From IMG/VR virus record IMGVR_UViG_3300046652_000008, positions 30,920-94,919 of that record: a stretch of DNA of 64,000 nucleotides. One strand, written 5' to 3'. Shown piece after piece: positions 26,758-36,247 of the stretch. Every line of letters starts with the position of its first letter. The stretch's first letter is position 1. Position numbers and translations under genes: made by a program. The DNA comes from a virus. A model generated the notes under the pieces. The model was not told the DNA's origin. It made no database searches and was given only the letters and a program-made list of their open reading frames with translations.

Positions 26758-27054
26758 ATGAAATGCCCCAAATGCAAAGAATGCGATGTTTGCGTAGAGT
26801 TGGAATTGACTGGCGGCTGTAGCGGGCATGATAATGACGAGTACTGCTACTGTGATGCGCAAGAGGCTGCCCTGGTCTTACGATGCGCTGGCAGACAATT
26901 GCGTAAAGGCCAAAAGCCATGTGGGTGGAAGCATCGTCCATACGATTTACAGGACTCTGGCTCTATCGAGCGGTTTATTTGTAGTATACTAAAGCCAGAA
27001 GACTGCGAGGTTATACTTAATATGAATCACAAAAAAGAGAGGTGGGAACGATGA
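26758..27054 (+). CDS. hypothetical Cys-rich protein
   Basis: MKCPKC, GCSGH, YCYC. Confidence 0.6.
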   Translation: MKCPKCKECDVCVELELTGGCSGHDNDEYCYCDAQEAALVLRCAGRQLRKGQKPCGWKHRPYDLQDSGSIERFICSILKPEDCEVILNMNHKKERWER

Positions 27055-27503
27055 CAGACAAAGAAGAAATCCTGCTCCGCGCAGAGCTAGCCGCAGCCAT
27101 CAAAGAACGAGACAAGGCCATCTCCAGCCGAAAAAGCACATGGACCTGGATTGAGAGCAAGTATGGCAAGGCTCACGATTGGGCGCGAAAGACACTTCCC
27201 GAGCCGTGGCGCACTCAATACTTTGGCTGTATAGCCAATGGCCTAGCGACATGGGATGACCACGGCGAAGCCTATATGTGCAAGGCTGGTTTCATGGTCA
27301 CTCCCGGCAATTACTTCAGCATGGGAGCACAAGAACAATTACTGTTTGACCTATGCGAACGAGCGGAGGATGCAGAGGTAGCATTGGCTGAGGCCAGAGA
27401 GCTATGCGGCGAGGCTTACTATCATATAAGCGAAGAAAAGTACCCGGATCTATCTATTCAGCTTCGAGCACAGGGGGCAAAGAGAGATCGCAATAATGAG
27501 TAA
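27051..27503 (+). CDS. hypothetical protein
   Basis: ATGA overlap; GAGG RBS. Confidence 0.65.
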   Translation: MTDKEEILLRAELAAAIKERDKAISSRKSTWTWIESKYGKAHDWARKTLPEPWRTQYFGCIANGLATWDDHGEAYMCKAGFMVTPGNYFSMGAQEQLLFDLCERAEDAEVALAEARELCGEAYYHISEEKYPDLSIQLRAQGAKRDRNNE

Positions 27504-29274
27504 TCGCCCATACCAAGACGAATGCCTGGATACAATCAAGTCTAAGATTGGGCTATCTATCAATCGCCAGCTAATCGTTATGGCGACAGGCAGCGGTAAG
27601 GGTTCTATCCTTGCGTGGCTCCCGGAAAAGCTAGGAATGGTTCGTGGCGTCGAGCAGATGCTTGTTCTTGTCCATCGCAACGACTTAGTAGACCAACTAG
27701 CCAAACGTATCCGACGCTACAACCCGAAGCTCATGGTATCTGTCGAGCAGGGGATCAACAAGGCCAATAAGTTCTCTGATGTTGTGGTGGCGTCCATCCA
27801 GTCTATCTCTAGCGGAACACGCCTAGATAGATTTGACCCATACGACTACAAATACATCGTTATAGATGAAGCTCATATTGCCCCAGGCTCCCGCGCTTAT
27901 GATAAGGTTCTTTCCTATTTCGGCGTAGTTAAAGATTCCCCTACCTTTGATCCAACCAAGATCAGTATTGGTTTTACGGCCACCCCAGACCGACCAGACG
28001 GCAAGGGCTTAGACTACCTATACGATGAAATTTCTTTCACGCGAGATGCCGTTGACTTGATGCGCGACGGGATTTGGCATAACGGGAAGTTCCTTAACTA
28101 CCTGCTAGAGCCGAAATGCTACCGCATTAAAACTACGGTAGACTTGGACAAGTTAAAGAAAGAGGGCGGCGACTTTAATATCACCGAGCTTGAAAAGACT
28201 ATCAATAATCCGTATCGTAATGATATTATCGTAGAAAATTACAAGCTGTACGGTGAGGGGCTTCCCGCTATCTGCTTTACGTGCGACATCCAGCACGCTA
28301 AAGACGTAGTATCGGCCTTTGAAAAGGGCGGCTTGGTTGCCAGCATCGTTACAGGAGACACCCCCCACGAAGAACGTCAGCGGCTCTACGCAGCCCTGGC
28401 TGCCAAGGAGATTAACTGCCTGTGCTCTGCTGGCGTCCTGAACGTCGGCTTAGACATCCCAGAGGCTACAGTAGCCCTTATGGCACGTCCCATGCTCTCC
28501 CCACTCATGTATCGCCAGTCGGTTGGCCGCGTGTTCCGGCCATTCCCATCCCCCGAGGAAATCATGGGCGGATTCGTCCCATCTTGGTTCAAGCAATACT
28601 CTATAGTTTTAGACTTTGTAGATGTTACCAGCAAGCATAGGCTTGTGACTACGTCTACCCTATATGGACTACGGGCAGACTTCGACATGAAAGGCAAGCG
28701 GCTTGTCCAAGAATTAGACAAGATAGAGGCAATCAAAACCAAGCACTCCTTTGAAGATATGGGAGAGTTTAAGGATCTTGACGCTATCCAGTCTTTTGCC
28801 CAAAAGGTAGACTTACTTCAAGCGCCGAGAATCCCGGCAGAGATCCAAAAGCTAACTAATATCGTCTGGCACAAAGAGGGACAAGGCTATGCAGTTAATA
28901 CGAAATGCGGAAAGCATATAGAGATTAAGAAGAATCAGCTAGGACAGTGGGATGTCTATACTTCAGAGCGCGGCGTCCGTAAGTTTGCCGGATCGGCCAA
29001 GGAGCTAGGAGAAGGCGTCAAGCTAGGCGAAGCCCAAATACCAATAGAGTCTAAGCCGTTACTGGACGGGCAATCGGGCTGGAGAAACAACCCGCCGACC
29101 CCAAAACAAATAGCAACCGTCAAGAGATTCTTGCCTTCTGCCGTGAAAAATGCGTATAATGAGAAAGAGTTGGAAGACTTTATACTTACTAAATTCCCGA
29201 CCTCTGGAGATGCGAGCAATTTCATCGCTAAGAAGTTTGATAGGTTTACGGGAAAGAAGGAATGGAAGCGATGA
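27496..29274 (+). CDS. SF2 DEAH-box helicase (ResIII/Irc3-like)
   Basis: RPYQ, ATGSGK, DEAH, TATPDR, GLDIP, QSVGRVFR. Confidence 0.92.
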   Translation: MSNRPYQDECLDTIKSKIGLSINRQLIVMATGSGKGSILAWLPEKLGMVRGVEQMLVLVHRNDLVDQLAKRIRRYNPKLMVSVEQGINKANKFSDVVVASIQSISSGTRLDRFDPYDYKYIVIDEAHIAPGSRAYDKVLSYFGVVKDSPTFDPTKISIGFTATPDRPDGKGLDYLYDEISFTRDAVDLMRDGIWHNGKFLNYLLEPKCYRIKTTVDLDKLKKEGGDFNITELEKTINNPYRNDIIVENYKLYGEGLPAICFTCDIQHAKDVVSAFEKGGLVASIVTGDTPHEERQRLYAALAAKEINCLCSAGVLNVGLDIPEATVALMARPMLSPLMYRQSVGRVFRPFPSPEEIMGGFVPSWFKQYSIVLDFVDVTSKHRLVTTSTLYGLRADFDMKGKRLVQELDKIEAIKTKHSFEDMGEFKDLDAIQSFAQKVDLLQAPRIPAEIQKLTNIVWHKEGQGYAVNTKCGKHIEIKKNQLGQWDVYTSERGVRKFAGSAKELGEGVKLGEAQIPIESKPLLDGQSGWRNNPPTPKQIATVKRFLPSAVKNAYNEKELEDFILTKFPTSGDASNFIAKKFDRFTGKKEWKR

Positions 29275-29555
29275 AGAAAGTTTGTGCGGTGTGCGACTTG
29301 GAGTTTGAGGCGTATCTAGGGAAGCCGGGTCTAGCTACGCAGTGTCGCTGGTGTGGGGAAGACCACGAACGAGACACCGGAGTAATTGTTTATAGGGCCG
29401 AGCAGTCGGAGGATGAAAGCGGATCTGATTTTTCTATCACAAACTCTCCTGCAACCCTGTCATACTTAAACGGGACGCCGAGAAGCCGAGGATTAGAACG
29501 AGAGATATTAGCCGAGGCCAAGCGAGAAGATACATACGGGAAATTGCCGATCTAA
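29271..29555 (+). CDS. hypothetical Zn-ribbon protein
   Basis: CAVC...CRWC. Confidence 0.6.
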   Translation: MKKVCAVCDLEFEAYLGKPGLATQCRWCGEDHERDTGVIVYRAEQSEDESGSDFSITNSPATLSYLNGTPRSRGLEREILAEAKREDTYGKLPI

Positions 29556-29566
29556 GGAGAATAACC

Positions 29567-29857
29567 ATGACCTGGGAACAGAAACTTGAAGCAATTGAGG
29601 CGCTATGTGGCATAACCACCGTTAATCTACAGATGAGAAAGCCGGGGGATTGGTACGTTAGCGCCGGGATGAGCATATCCAAAGACGGAATATCCACTAG
29701 TTCTTATGGTAATGGGAAAACTCCAGAAGAGGCGGTGAACGACCATTGGAATATCTATGCCGTTAATCTTCCGCCAGAGCTTAGCATAATCCTGGGATAT
29801 ACAGCAGATAAGAAATACCGCTGGAATGGATTTATGTGGCGCGAGGTACAAATATGA
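29567..29857 (+). CDS. hypothetical protein
   Basis: AAGGAG RBS. Confidence 0.7.
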   Translation: MTWEQKLEAIEALCGITTVNLQMRKPGDWYVSAGMSISKDGISTSSYGNGKTPEEAVNDHWNIYAVNLPPELSIILGYTADKKYRWNGFMWREVQI

Positions 29858-30369
29858 AACGATACAAGCAACAGTCATTTATGGCAGACGACGGGACTCC
29901 ACTAGATGCCAAGACGGAAGACCAGGAATTCTGCACTGCCTTAATGCTCATTTACCGGAGCGCTAACATTCCGCGCAGGGCGCATCCCCAGTCGGTTAGT
30001 CGCCTGTCCCGTGATTGGGCAGACAAGGTAAAGAATGCACTACGATCATCTGAACCGGATGAGTTGCTAGCGCAGATGGAGAACTTTACCAAAGACCCCT
30101 ATTGGACGGAACGCGGTTGCCCTCTAAATGCTTTCTTTGCCAAGAAGCCCAAGGAAGAACCCGAGCCGGAACCAGAGCCCAAGCGCGAAGTGATAGCTGC
30201 TAGCGACTTCCAGAAACGCAAGGCCGCTCTAGTTGAAAGGATCATTAAGGCGTCCAACGGCAGGAACGTCGAGAAACTCGAAAGAGAAGTATACGCGCAA
30301 CTATTGAAGGACATCAACTCGAAAGAGTGTACCCTGAAGACTATAGAGGTTGCGGAGGCGGCGTTCTGA
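29854..30369 (+). CDS. hypothetical protein in the replication cluster
   Basis: ATGA overlap; EPEPEP linker. Confidence 0.65.
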   Translation: MKRYKQQSFMADDGTPLDAKTEDQEFCTALMLIYRSANIPRRAHPQSVSRLSRDWADKVKNALRSSEPDELLAQMENFTKDPYWTERGCPLNAFFAKKPKEEPEPEPEPKREVIAASDFQKRKAALVERIIKASNGRNVEKLEREVYAQLLKDINSKECTLKTIEVAEAAF

Positions 30370-31178
30370 AGATCACGCTCAAGGAACTACGCGCCCTTGC
30401 AAAAACGAACCTAGTCGTCTCTAATTACTTATCGCCGGTCAGTAGAATAGGCGACAAGATAGTCTATTATCATTGCCCCGTTCATGACGACAAGAAGGCA
30501 AGTTTGCGCGTAAACCTGAAGGATAACCTCTGGTCCTGCTATCCGTGTGGCAAGTGGGGAGACGCGGTAGAATTCGTTAGACACGTAGAGAACGTAAATC
30601 ACTCGGAAGCTGTCAAGATTGTGGTGGACATCTGTGGACTGGACGGCATAGAAGAAGACAAGAGCCGGGCTAGAGCCATAATCTCGGAGAGGGAGAACGC
30701 GGACAGGATGCTTGGTGATATACGTTATCGCCTATTTAACATAGAATCAGCAATCGAGAAGAAGCTGGAGCGCCTGTACTCTATGGCAACTGATAGATAC
30801 GAAGACATACTTAAAGGAGAGCGGATCTTGTTTGATACAAAGTCATTGCTAGATAAATCATCCCATCTCTCAATAGATTCCATCATTACGCTTTACAACA
30901 GTGGGACAGACAATGAATACTATAGATTTCTGATACCGAACTACAGCCTAGAGCAAAAATGCGAAGAGTATAGGCGCGTCGATGATGTGAACCGAGCCGT
31001 TGCGTTCCTTTCAAAGCGTGAAGACTGCTACGACGTGATTGCGGCGTATATCGGCGGGACTCCCAGCATTAAGAAATGCGCAGAACTTCTAGTGAATTCT
31101 CCCGTAGACGCTGATAAGATAATTAACGGACTTCTGGACATCATAAAGGTTAAGGCGGCGGCAAGTGGAAAAGACTAG
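30327..31178 (+). CDS. CHC2 zinc-finger (primase ZBD-like) protein without a recognisable TOPRIM domain
   Basis: CPVHDDKKAS...WSCYPC..GDAVEFV; start uncertain. Confidence 0.75.
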   Translation: MYPEDYRGCGGGVLKITLKELRALAKTNLVVSNYLSPVSRIGDKIVYYHCPVHDDKKASLRVNLKDNLWSCYPCGKWGDAVEFVRHVENVNHSEAVKIVVDICGLDGIEEDKSRARAIISERENADRMLGDIRYRLFNIESAIEKKLERLYSMATDRYEDILKGERILFDTKSLLDKSSHLSIDSIITLYNSGTDNEYYRFLIPNYSLEQKCEEYRRVDDVNRAVAFLSKREDCYDVIAAYIGGTPSIKKCAELLVNSPVDADKIINGLLDIIKVKAAASGKD

Positions 31179-32628
31179 CCAAGAGAAGCTGGAACTAGAA
31201 ATAGTTGCCTACTGTTTCACCCACCATTCCTCAGTGGGAACGGTATCCCGCATTATTGGGACACGACACTTTACAAATAAGTGCTATAAATATATCTTTG
31301 ACTGTACGGTGGATTCCTATAACCTGGAAGATAAGGCCAGCCGAGCAACTATAGTTCAGCGAGCCGTCAAGCGTAGTAAGTTAAATTGGGACGCTACCCC
31401 GATACTGAATGAGATTGCAGCCGTAGATACACGAGACTACGATGTTGACTCAGCACTCAAGACAATGAACGATTCGTTTCTCTCTAGGCAGCTTGTAAAG
31501 CTAGCTGAAGATATCAGCAGCCAAGTGAGTGGTGGCGACTCGTCCATCTCGGTGATAGATAGTGCGCGGCATGGCCTAGATAATATAGCCGATGGTATAG
31601 TAACGGACGATTGCTACCATACGCTTGGGGATATCATCGAAGGCTCAGAGCAGAAACACGCAAACATCTATGATGGAACCCATGGCACTTCCGGCATACC
31701 GTCTCCTATCGCAGCTATTGACCTAATCACTGGAAAGTTCCGCAAGGGCAGATTCTATGTAATTGCGGCCAGACCATCCACCGGGAAGTCTGCGCTAGTT
31801 ACACAGATTGCATATAAAGCCGCAAGTCTCGGTTTCAAGGTGCTGATGTTCAGCTTTGAGATGGACTCCGACTCCATATGGCGCAGGATTCTTTCCGCCG
31901 AGACGGGAATCATGGCTTGGGATATGGAAACCGGATTCCTATCAGAAGAAGAAAAAGCACAAGCAACCGAATGGCTGGATACGCACAGAGATATACCACT
32001 GTATATCGTCCCGCGTAAAACCGGGAAGACCATGGCATCTATGAATGCCGTGATTCGCGGATTTACGACTAAATATGGAGCGCCTGATCTTGTGATTGTG
32101 GACTATATCCAGCTAGTTAAGGCGGGAGTTAGAACCACCGGAAGATACGAAGAGATGACCTATGTCTCTAATGCTTTAATGGATATTCCCTATGAGCATT
32201 CCACTGCGCTAATAGCTTTAAGCCAGATGAGCCGAGCGATGGAGAAACGCGACTATTCCAGGCCGCAACTTTCTGATTTGCGCGAAACCGGGGCGATTGA
32301 GCAGGATTCTGACTGCGTTAGCTTTCTATGGCGTCCAGACATGCACCAGAACAGCAAGGATGGAGGAGGAGGCCGGAAGGACCAGGAGGATTATCCACCA
32401 GGGTATACCGAGTTGATCTTCGAGAAAAACCGCCAAGGACGAACTGGATGTGTTAAACTAAAGTTCGATGGGGCGCATACGAAGTTTACCGAGCTACCAG
32501 AAGGAGAATACGATGGCACTTCCGAGAGATCAACGACTAACGCCGCTCCGAGAGACCCTTCAGGAACTAATCGGGCAAAAACTGGTAAAGGCAAACAGAC
32601 ATCCCAGACTTCCTTTAACCCTGTATAA
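31165..32628 (+). CDS. dnaB: DnaB-like replicative helicase
   Basis: AARPSTGKS, FSFEM, IVDYIQL, LSQMSR, PQLSDLRETGAIEQDSD, KNRQGRTG. Confidence 0.95.
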   Translation: MEKTSQEKLELEIVAYCFTHHSSVGTVSRIIGTRHFTNKCYKYIFDCTVDSYNLEDKASRATIVQRAVKRSKLNWDATPILNEIAAVDTRDYDVDSALKTMNDSFLSRQLVKLAEDISSQVSGGDSSISVIDSARHGLDNIADGIVTDDCYHTLGDIIEGSEQKHANIYDGTHGTSGIPSPIAAIDLITGKFRKGRFYVIAARPSTGKSALVTQIAYKAASLGFKVLMFSFEMDSDSIWRRILSAETGIMAWDMETGFLSEEEKAQATEWLDTHRDIPLYIVPRKTGKTMASMNAVIRGFTTKYGAPDLVIVDYIQLVKAGVRTTGRYEEMTYVSNALMDIPYEHSTALIALSQMSRAMEKRDYSRPQLSDLRETGAIEQDSDCVSFLWRPDMHQNSKDGGGGRKDQEDYPPGYTELIFEKNRQGRTGCVKLKFDGAHTKFTELPEGEYDGTSERSTTNAAPRDPSGTNRAKTGKGKQTSQTSFNPV

Positions 32629-33739
32629 TTACACAAATGCCGCGTATGGTATAAATCCAGCCGATTGGCCGCTTGAACTTTCGCAGGCGCGTGGCCTTGT
32701 CTTAGACGACAATGGAAAAGTTATTTCTCGCGGATTTGGCAAGTTCTGGGAGCTAACCCCATCTACTGTCCAGAAGATAGAAGAAAACAAAGAGAAGGCG
32801 TATACCATCAGCGAAAAAATGGATGGAGTGCTCATCTGCGTATTCGGTTATCGCGGAGAGATTATCGTCCATACTCGCGGATCTTGGGGTAACGAGTTTA
32901 TTGACGAGGCCATAACCCTCTTTGAAGACAAGTACCCGGAGTATTGGCATAATCTATTAGACGACCCCCATGAGTATAATGAAGATGGACATGGATATGG
33001 TATAGACTATGGACGCACCGACTGCTTTGAGCTAATCTCGCCAGTCAGCCGGATTGTCGTAGACTACATAGGGAGGCGTGGTCTTTCATGGCTCCAGTCT
33101 TTCTGGATCTATAACCAGTCGGGAGAACTTAACGGAGCGGCGCTGCATCCGCTGCGCGACATGAGCAACCATTTGTATCTATGCGATGCTGACGAGGTAG
33201 CCGGATGGACCCTATCTGAACATACCCCGAACCTCACGCTAGATAGTTTTACCTCCAAGGCCAGCAACGACCAGGAGGGATACGTTATCTACCTTCCATG
33301 GTGCAACGAGTATTACAAGTTCAAGTTTGCAGACTACAAAGCTAAGCACCGAGCGGTATTTAATACGTCCGATATGTCGGTTTGGGATACATGGCGCTAT
33401 GGCGATAATATAGCCCAAGACTTGATCGACTGTACGGCCAAGATTGACATCAAGCTTTCCGGCTGGATATCTGAACAGGTCGGTTGGCTTTCGCTGCGCC
33501 GTGCTAACTTGCTAAATGAGGCTAACTATGTATACAAAAAATGCATCCTCAACGGTGAATCAGCACGAGCAGACTTCGCGCGTAGGGTCTTAGCCGAAGC
33601 TAAAAGACGCACGCCATGCATCAAGAGCATGGTCTTTGCCCTGTATGACGGCAAGGAACAAGAGGCTGAGTCTATCGCAGCCAAGGCGCTGAAACCGGAT
33701 AAGACTGCGTTCTACCGTCAGGAGGATATAACCGCATGA
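32513..33739 (+). CDS. T4 Rnl1-like RNA ligase
   Basis: ARGLV, RGFGKFW, motif I EKMDG, TRGSW, FELISP..RIVVDY, EGYV, KFKFADY; AAGGAG RBS. Confidence 0.88.
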   Translation: MALPRDQRLTPLRETLQELIGQKLVKANRHPRLPLTLYNYTNAAYGINPADWPLELSQARGLVLDDNGKVISRGFGKFWELTPSTVQKIEENKEKAYTISEKMDGVLICVFGYRGEIIVHTRGSWGNEFIDEAITLFEDKYPEYWHNLLDDPHEYNEDGHGYGIDYGRTDCFELISPVSRIVVDYIGRRGLSWLQSFWIYNQSGELNGAALHPLRDMSNHLYLCDADEVAGWTLSEHTPNLTLDSFTSKASNDQEGYVIYLPWCNEYYKFKFADYKAKHRAVFNTSDMSVWDTWRYGDNIAQDLIDCTAKIDIKLSGWISEQVGWLSLRRANLLNEANYVYKKCILNGESARADFARRVLAEAKRRTPCIKSMVFALYDGKEQEAESIAAKALKPDKTAFYRQEDITA

Positions 33740-33963
33740 GCTTCTATAGACAATGCGAGCTAATGAAGGGCGCGACTAAACAGGTAGCCTGGGTTCCTGT
33801 AGCCTTTTGTAAGGTAGGAACTAATGTGGAGTTGCTGAATGAGACCAGCCAGTTTGAAAAAGGATGGAAGATAGCTAATGTGTTTACGCTACGTCAGGAC
33901 GGAGACTACCTGAAAGAGCACGAGCGGGATTGGAAGACGCAACGGAAGGCGTCCGACCTATGA
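33736..33963 (+). CDS. hypothetical protein
   Basis: ATGA coupling, GGAGG RBS. Confidence 0.65.
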   Translation: MSFYRQCELMKGATKQVAWVPVAFCKVGTNVELLNETSQFEKGWKIANVFTLRQDGDYLKEHERDWKTQRKASDL

Positions 33964-34112
33964 GTAAGCTTATGTGGGTCATCGGAGAATGGCAACGATA
34001 TGGCGGAATCTCAGAACTGGTGGCGTTCATTATGCTGCTGATTATGTGGGTAGCTATCGGGATGCTGCTCTTTCTATGCTGGCGAGACGCATTCCTTTGG
34101 TATCTAAATTGA
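33960..34112 (+). CDS. small membrane protein
   Basis: One TM helix; ATGA overlap. Confidence 0.5.
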   Translation: MSKLMWVIGEWQRYGGISELVAFIMLLIMWVAIGMLLFLCWRDAFLWYLN

Positions 34113-34160
34113 GCGTCTAATAGTTAGACGAAGCTGCTATAATGAAAGAAGGAACCAACC

Positions 34161-34589
34161 ATGAAACCAAGAGCCATCATCTGCGATCTTGACGGAACGC
34201 TAGCGCACAGCAACGGGAAACGATCTTTCTACGACGAGATGAAGTGTTATGGAGATAGCATTGACTCCGTGGTTTCTTACGTTCTCTCATTGCTGGCGGA
34301 AGACGGAATCACCATCTTATTCACAAGTGGGCGCAAGGAAAAATCCAGGGGCGAGACCACTCGATGGCTCGATGATTATGCGCCAGAATCGGTGGTGGGT
34401 AGCTGGAGACTATTTATGCGAAAAGATGACGACAATAGAAAAGATTGCATCGTCAAGGAAGAAATCTACCGCAACGAGATCGAGCCTAACTACCGTGTGG
34501 TGCTGGTGCTTGACGACCGTGATTCGGTTTGTGCGAAATGGCGCGAACTTGGGCTGAAGTGCTTTCAGGTGGCCCCAGGAGACTTCTAA
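34161..34589 (+). CDS. HAD phosphatase, T4 PNKP 3'-phosphatase-like
   Basis: DLDGTLA, SGR, MRKDDDNRKD..VKEE, LDDR, CFQVAPGDF. Confidence 0.9.
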   Translation: MKPRAIICDLDGTLAHSNGKRSFYDEMKCYGDSIDSVVSYVLSLLAEDGITILFTSGRKEKSRGETTRWLDDYAPESVVGSWRLFMRKDDDNRKDCIVKEEIYRNEIEPNYRVVLVLDDRDSVCAKWRELGLKCFQVAPGDF

Positions 34590-34739
34590 TAGGATGGGTT
34601 GTGCTAATCGCTTGCATTGTGTTCTTTCTGTCCTTTCTGGGGCTTGGTTGTGATTAGCGGAGGAGCTAATATGTGGATATACTTCATAGTAGCGGCTATT
34701 TTCGTTTTGGCCGTGTGGATAGGGTTTGGAGACTTCTAA

Positions 34740-35471
34740 ATGGAAATCATCAAAACAGATTCTTCGTTGGCAAGCCGAGACATGAGCGAAAATGAGAAGT
34801 TCTTGCTCGACGGCCTGCTGGCTGATGACACGGCCAGGATTGACGTAGTGCTACGTGGCGACTCATCCCCAGAAGATATAGCGGCAGCGCTTGACGTGTG
34901 CTCCAAGGTCCACGGAACGCTATACAAGGCCAACATGCGGCTCAAGCCAATCATCGGTCGCATCCTTGAGCTAGCGCAGGATAAGCCGGAAGTCTTTAAG
35001 CTGTGCGAATGCAAAACCTTCAATGAATTTGCGTCAGAGTATATCCCAAAGTTAACCGGAATGACACGCGCCGAAGCCTACCAGTGTAAGCGCATTGTCG
35101 AAAAATTCCCATCAGTGACCATCAAGGACTTTGAAGACATCGGGTACGTTAATCTTGGGCTACTGTGTAAGGTAACGCAAGAAGGCGCACCCTCCAAGGA
35201 TAAGTGGTTTAAGGAAGCTAAAGAGAAGACGGTAGACGATTTCAAGGTATACATTGCGGAGCGTGGCTACGGCGACAAGGGAGACTTAGATACCGTAGTG
35301 TTGGAGGTGGTTATGTCCAAAGAGACGGCCAAGCAGATCAAGGAATTTTGGAATAACCGAGCGTTTCAAGAATACGTTGGCTCCAAGGACCACGGAGAGA
35401 TGCTGAAGGCTGCAATTGGGGAGGTGGCCATACAATGGACAATCGACGCAAGCCGACAGGCGAACAGCTAA
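34740..35471 (+). CDS. hypothetical protein, possible HTH DNA-binding
   Basis: 243-aa ORF, GGAG RBS. Confidence 0.7.
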   Translation: MEIIKTDSSLASRDMSENEKFLLDGLLADDTARIDVVLRGDSSPEDIAAALDVCSKVHGTLYKANMRLKPIIGRILELAQDKPEVFKLCECKTFNEFASEYIPKLTGMTRAEAYQCKRIVEKFPSVTIKDFEDIGYVNLGLLCKVTQEGAPSKDKWFKEAKEKTVDDFKVYIAERGYGDKGDLDTVVLEVVMSKETAKQIKEFWNNRAFQEYVGSKDHGEMLKAAIGEVAIQWTIDASRQANS

Positions 35472-35558
35472 AGTGGTTTATCAGAACCCCCACGGGTGAG
35501 CTTATCCCATACAAGCTGTCCGAGATACAGGAATTGATCTTAGCGGAAAAGGCTAAAA

Positions 35559-35882
35559 GTGAACAAAAGCACGTGCGAGAGGCTGACGGAGTGCGAATTA
35601 CGCCAGCACGAGAAGACATTCCTCCTGGTTCGTGATGGGAATCAGATACTATTCATTGAGAGCGGGAAGAAGGCCATTGCGATACTCAATGACAACTTCT
35701 GGAAGGTGCGCCGACAAGAGGCGCTAGAGAGAGACAATTATACATGCCAACAGTGCGGGGCGCAAAGGGATCTGGACGTACATCATCAGCTACCGAGGGG
35801 CAAGGGCGGAACACACAACCTCAAGAATTTAGTGACTTTGTGCAGGAGATGCCACGATGCCCAACACTCAAAGCGCATATAA
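35559..35882 (+). CDS. HNH endonuclease
   Basis: RDNYTCQQCG, VHH...GGTHNLKNLVTLCRRCH. Confidence 0.85.
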   Translation: MNKSTCERLTECELRQHEKTFLLVRDGNQILFIESGKKAIAILNDNFWKVRRQEALERDNYTCQQCGAQRDLDVHHQLPRGKGGTHNLKNLVTLCRRCHDAQHSKRI

Positions 35883-36247
35883 CACTTAAAGGCATTTCCC
35901 CGTCGAAGAAAAACCGCTACCTCCCGATCATTCGCGGAGGCCACGCCACAATGATTAAGGACAAGAAACTACAGGGAGAACTTGACTTGCTGGAGTTGCA
36001 AATACCGTTATATTCCAGAACACTGAAGCTACAGCATCCCCACATCGTAATGCAATTCTACGTGGACAAAACAAACGGGACTAGCCGAGACCGTGACAAT
36101 ATGGCACAGATGACGATGGATCTGCTCGTTCATGCTGGAGTACTGTATGATGATCGCATTAAGCGAAACAACGGCTTTTTCTTGATGCCCCCTGCTGTCA
36201 TCGGAACAGAAAACAAGACAGAAGTTTACATTTTTGGAGACAATTAG
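35849..36247 (+). CDS. RusA-like Holliday junction resolvase
   Basis: PSKKN, RDRDN...MDLLV.AGVLYDD; start uncertain. Confidence 0.75.
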   Translation: MPRCPTLKAHITLKGISPSKKNRYLPIIRGGHATMIKDKKLQGELDLLELQIPLYSRTLKLQHPHIVMQFYVDKTNGTSRDRDNMAQMTMDLLVHAGVLYDDRIKRNNGFFLMPPAVIGTENKTEVYIFGDN

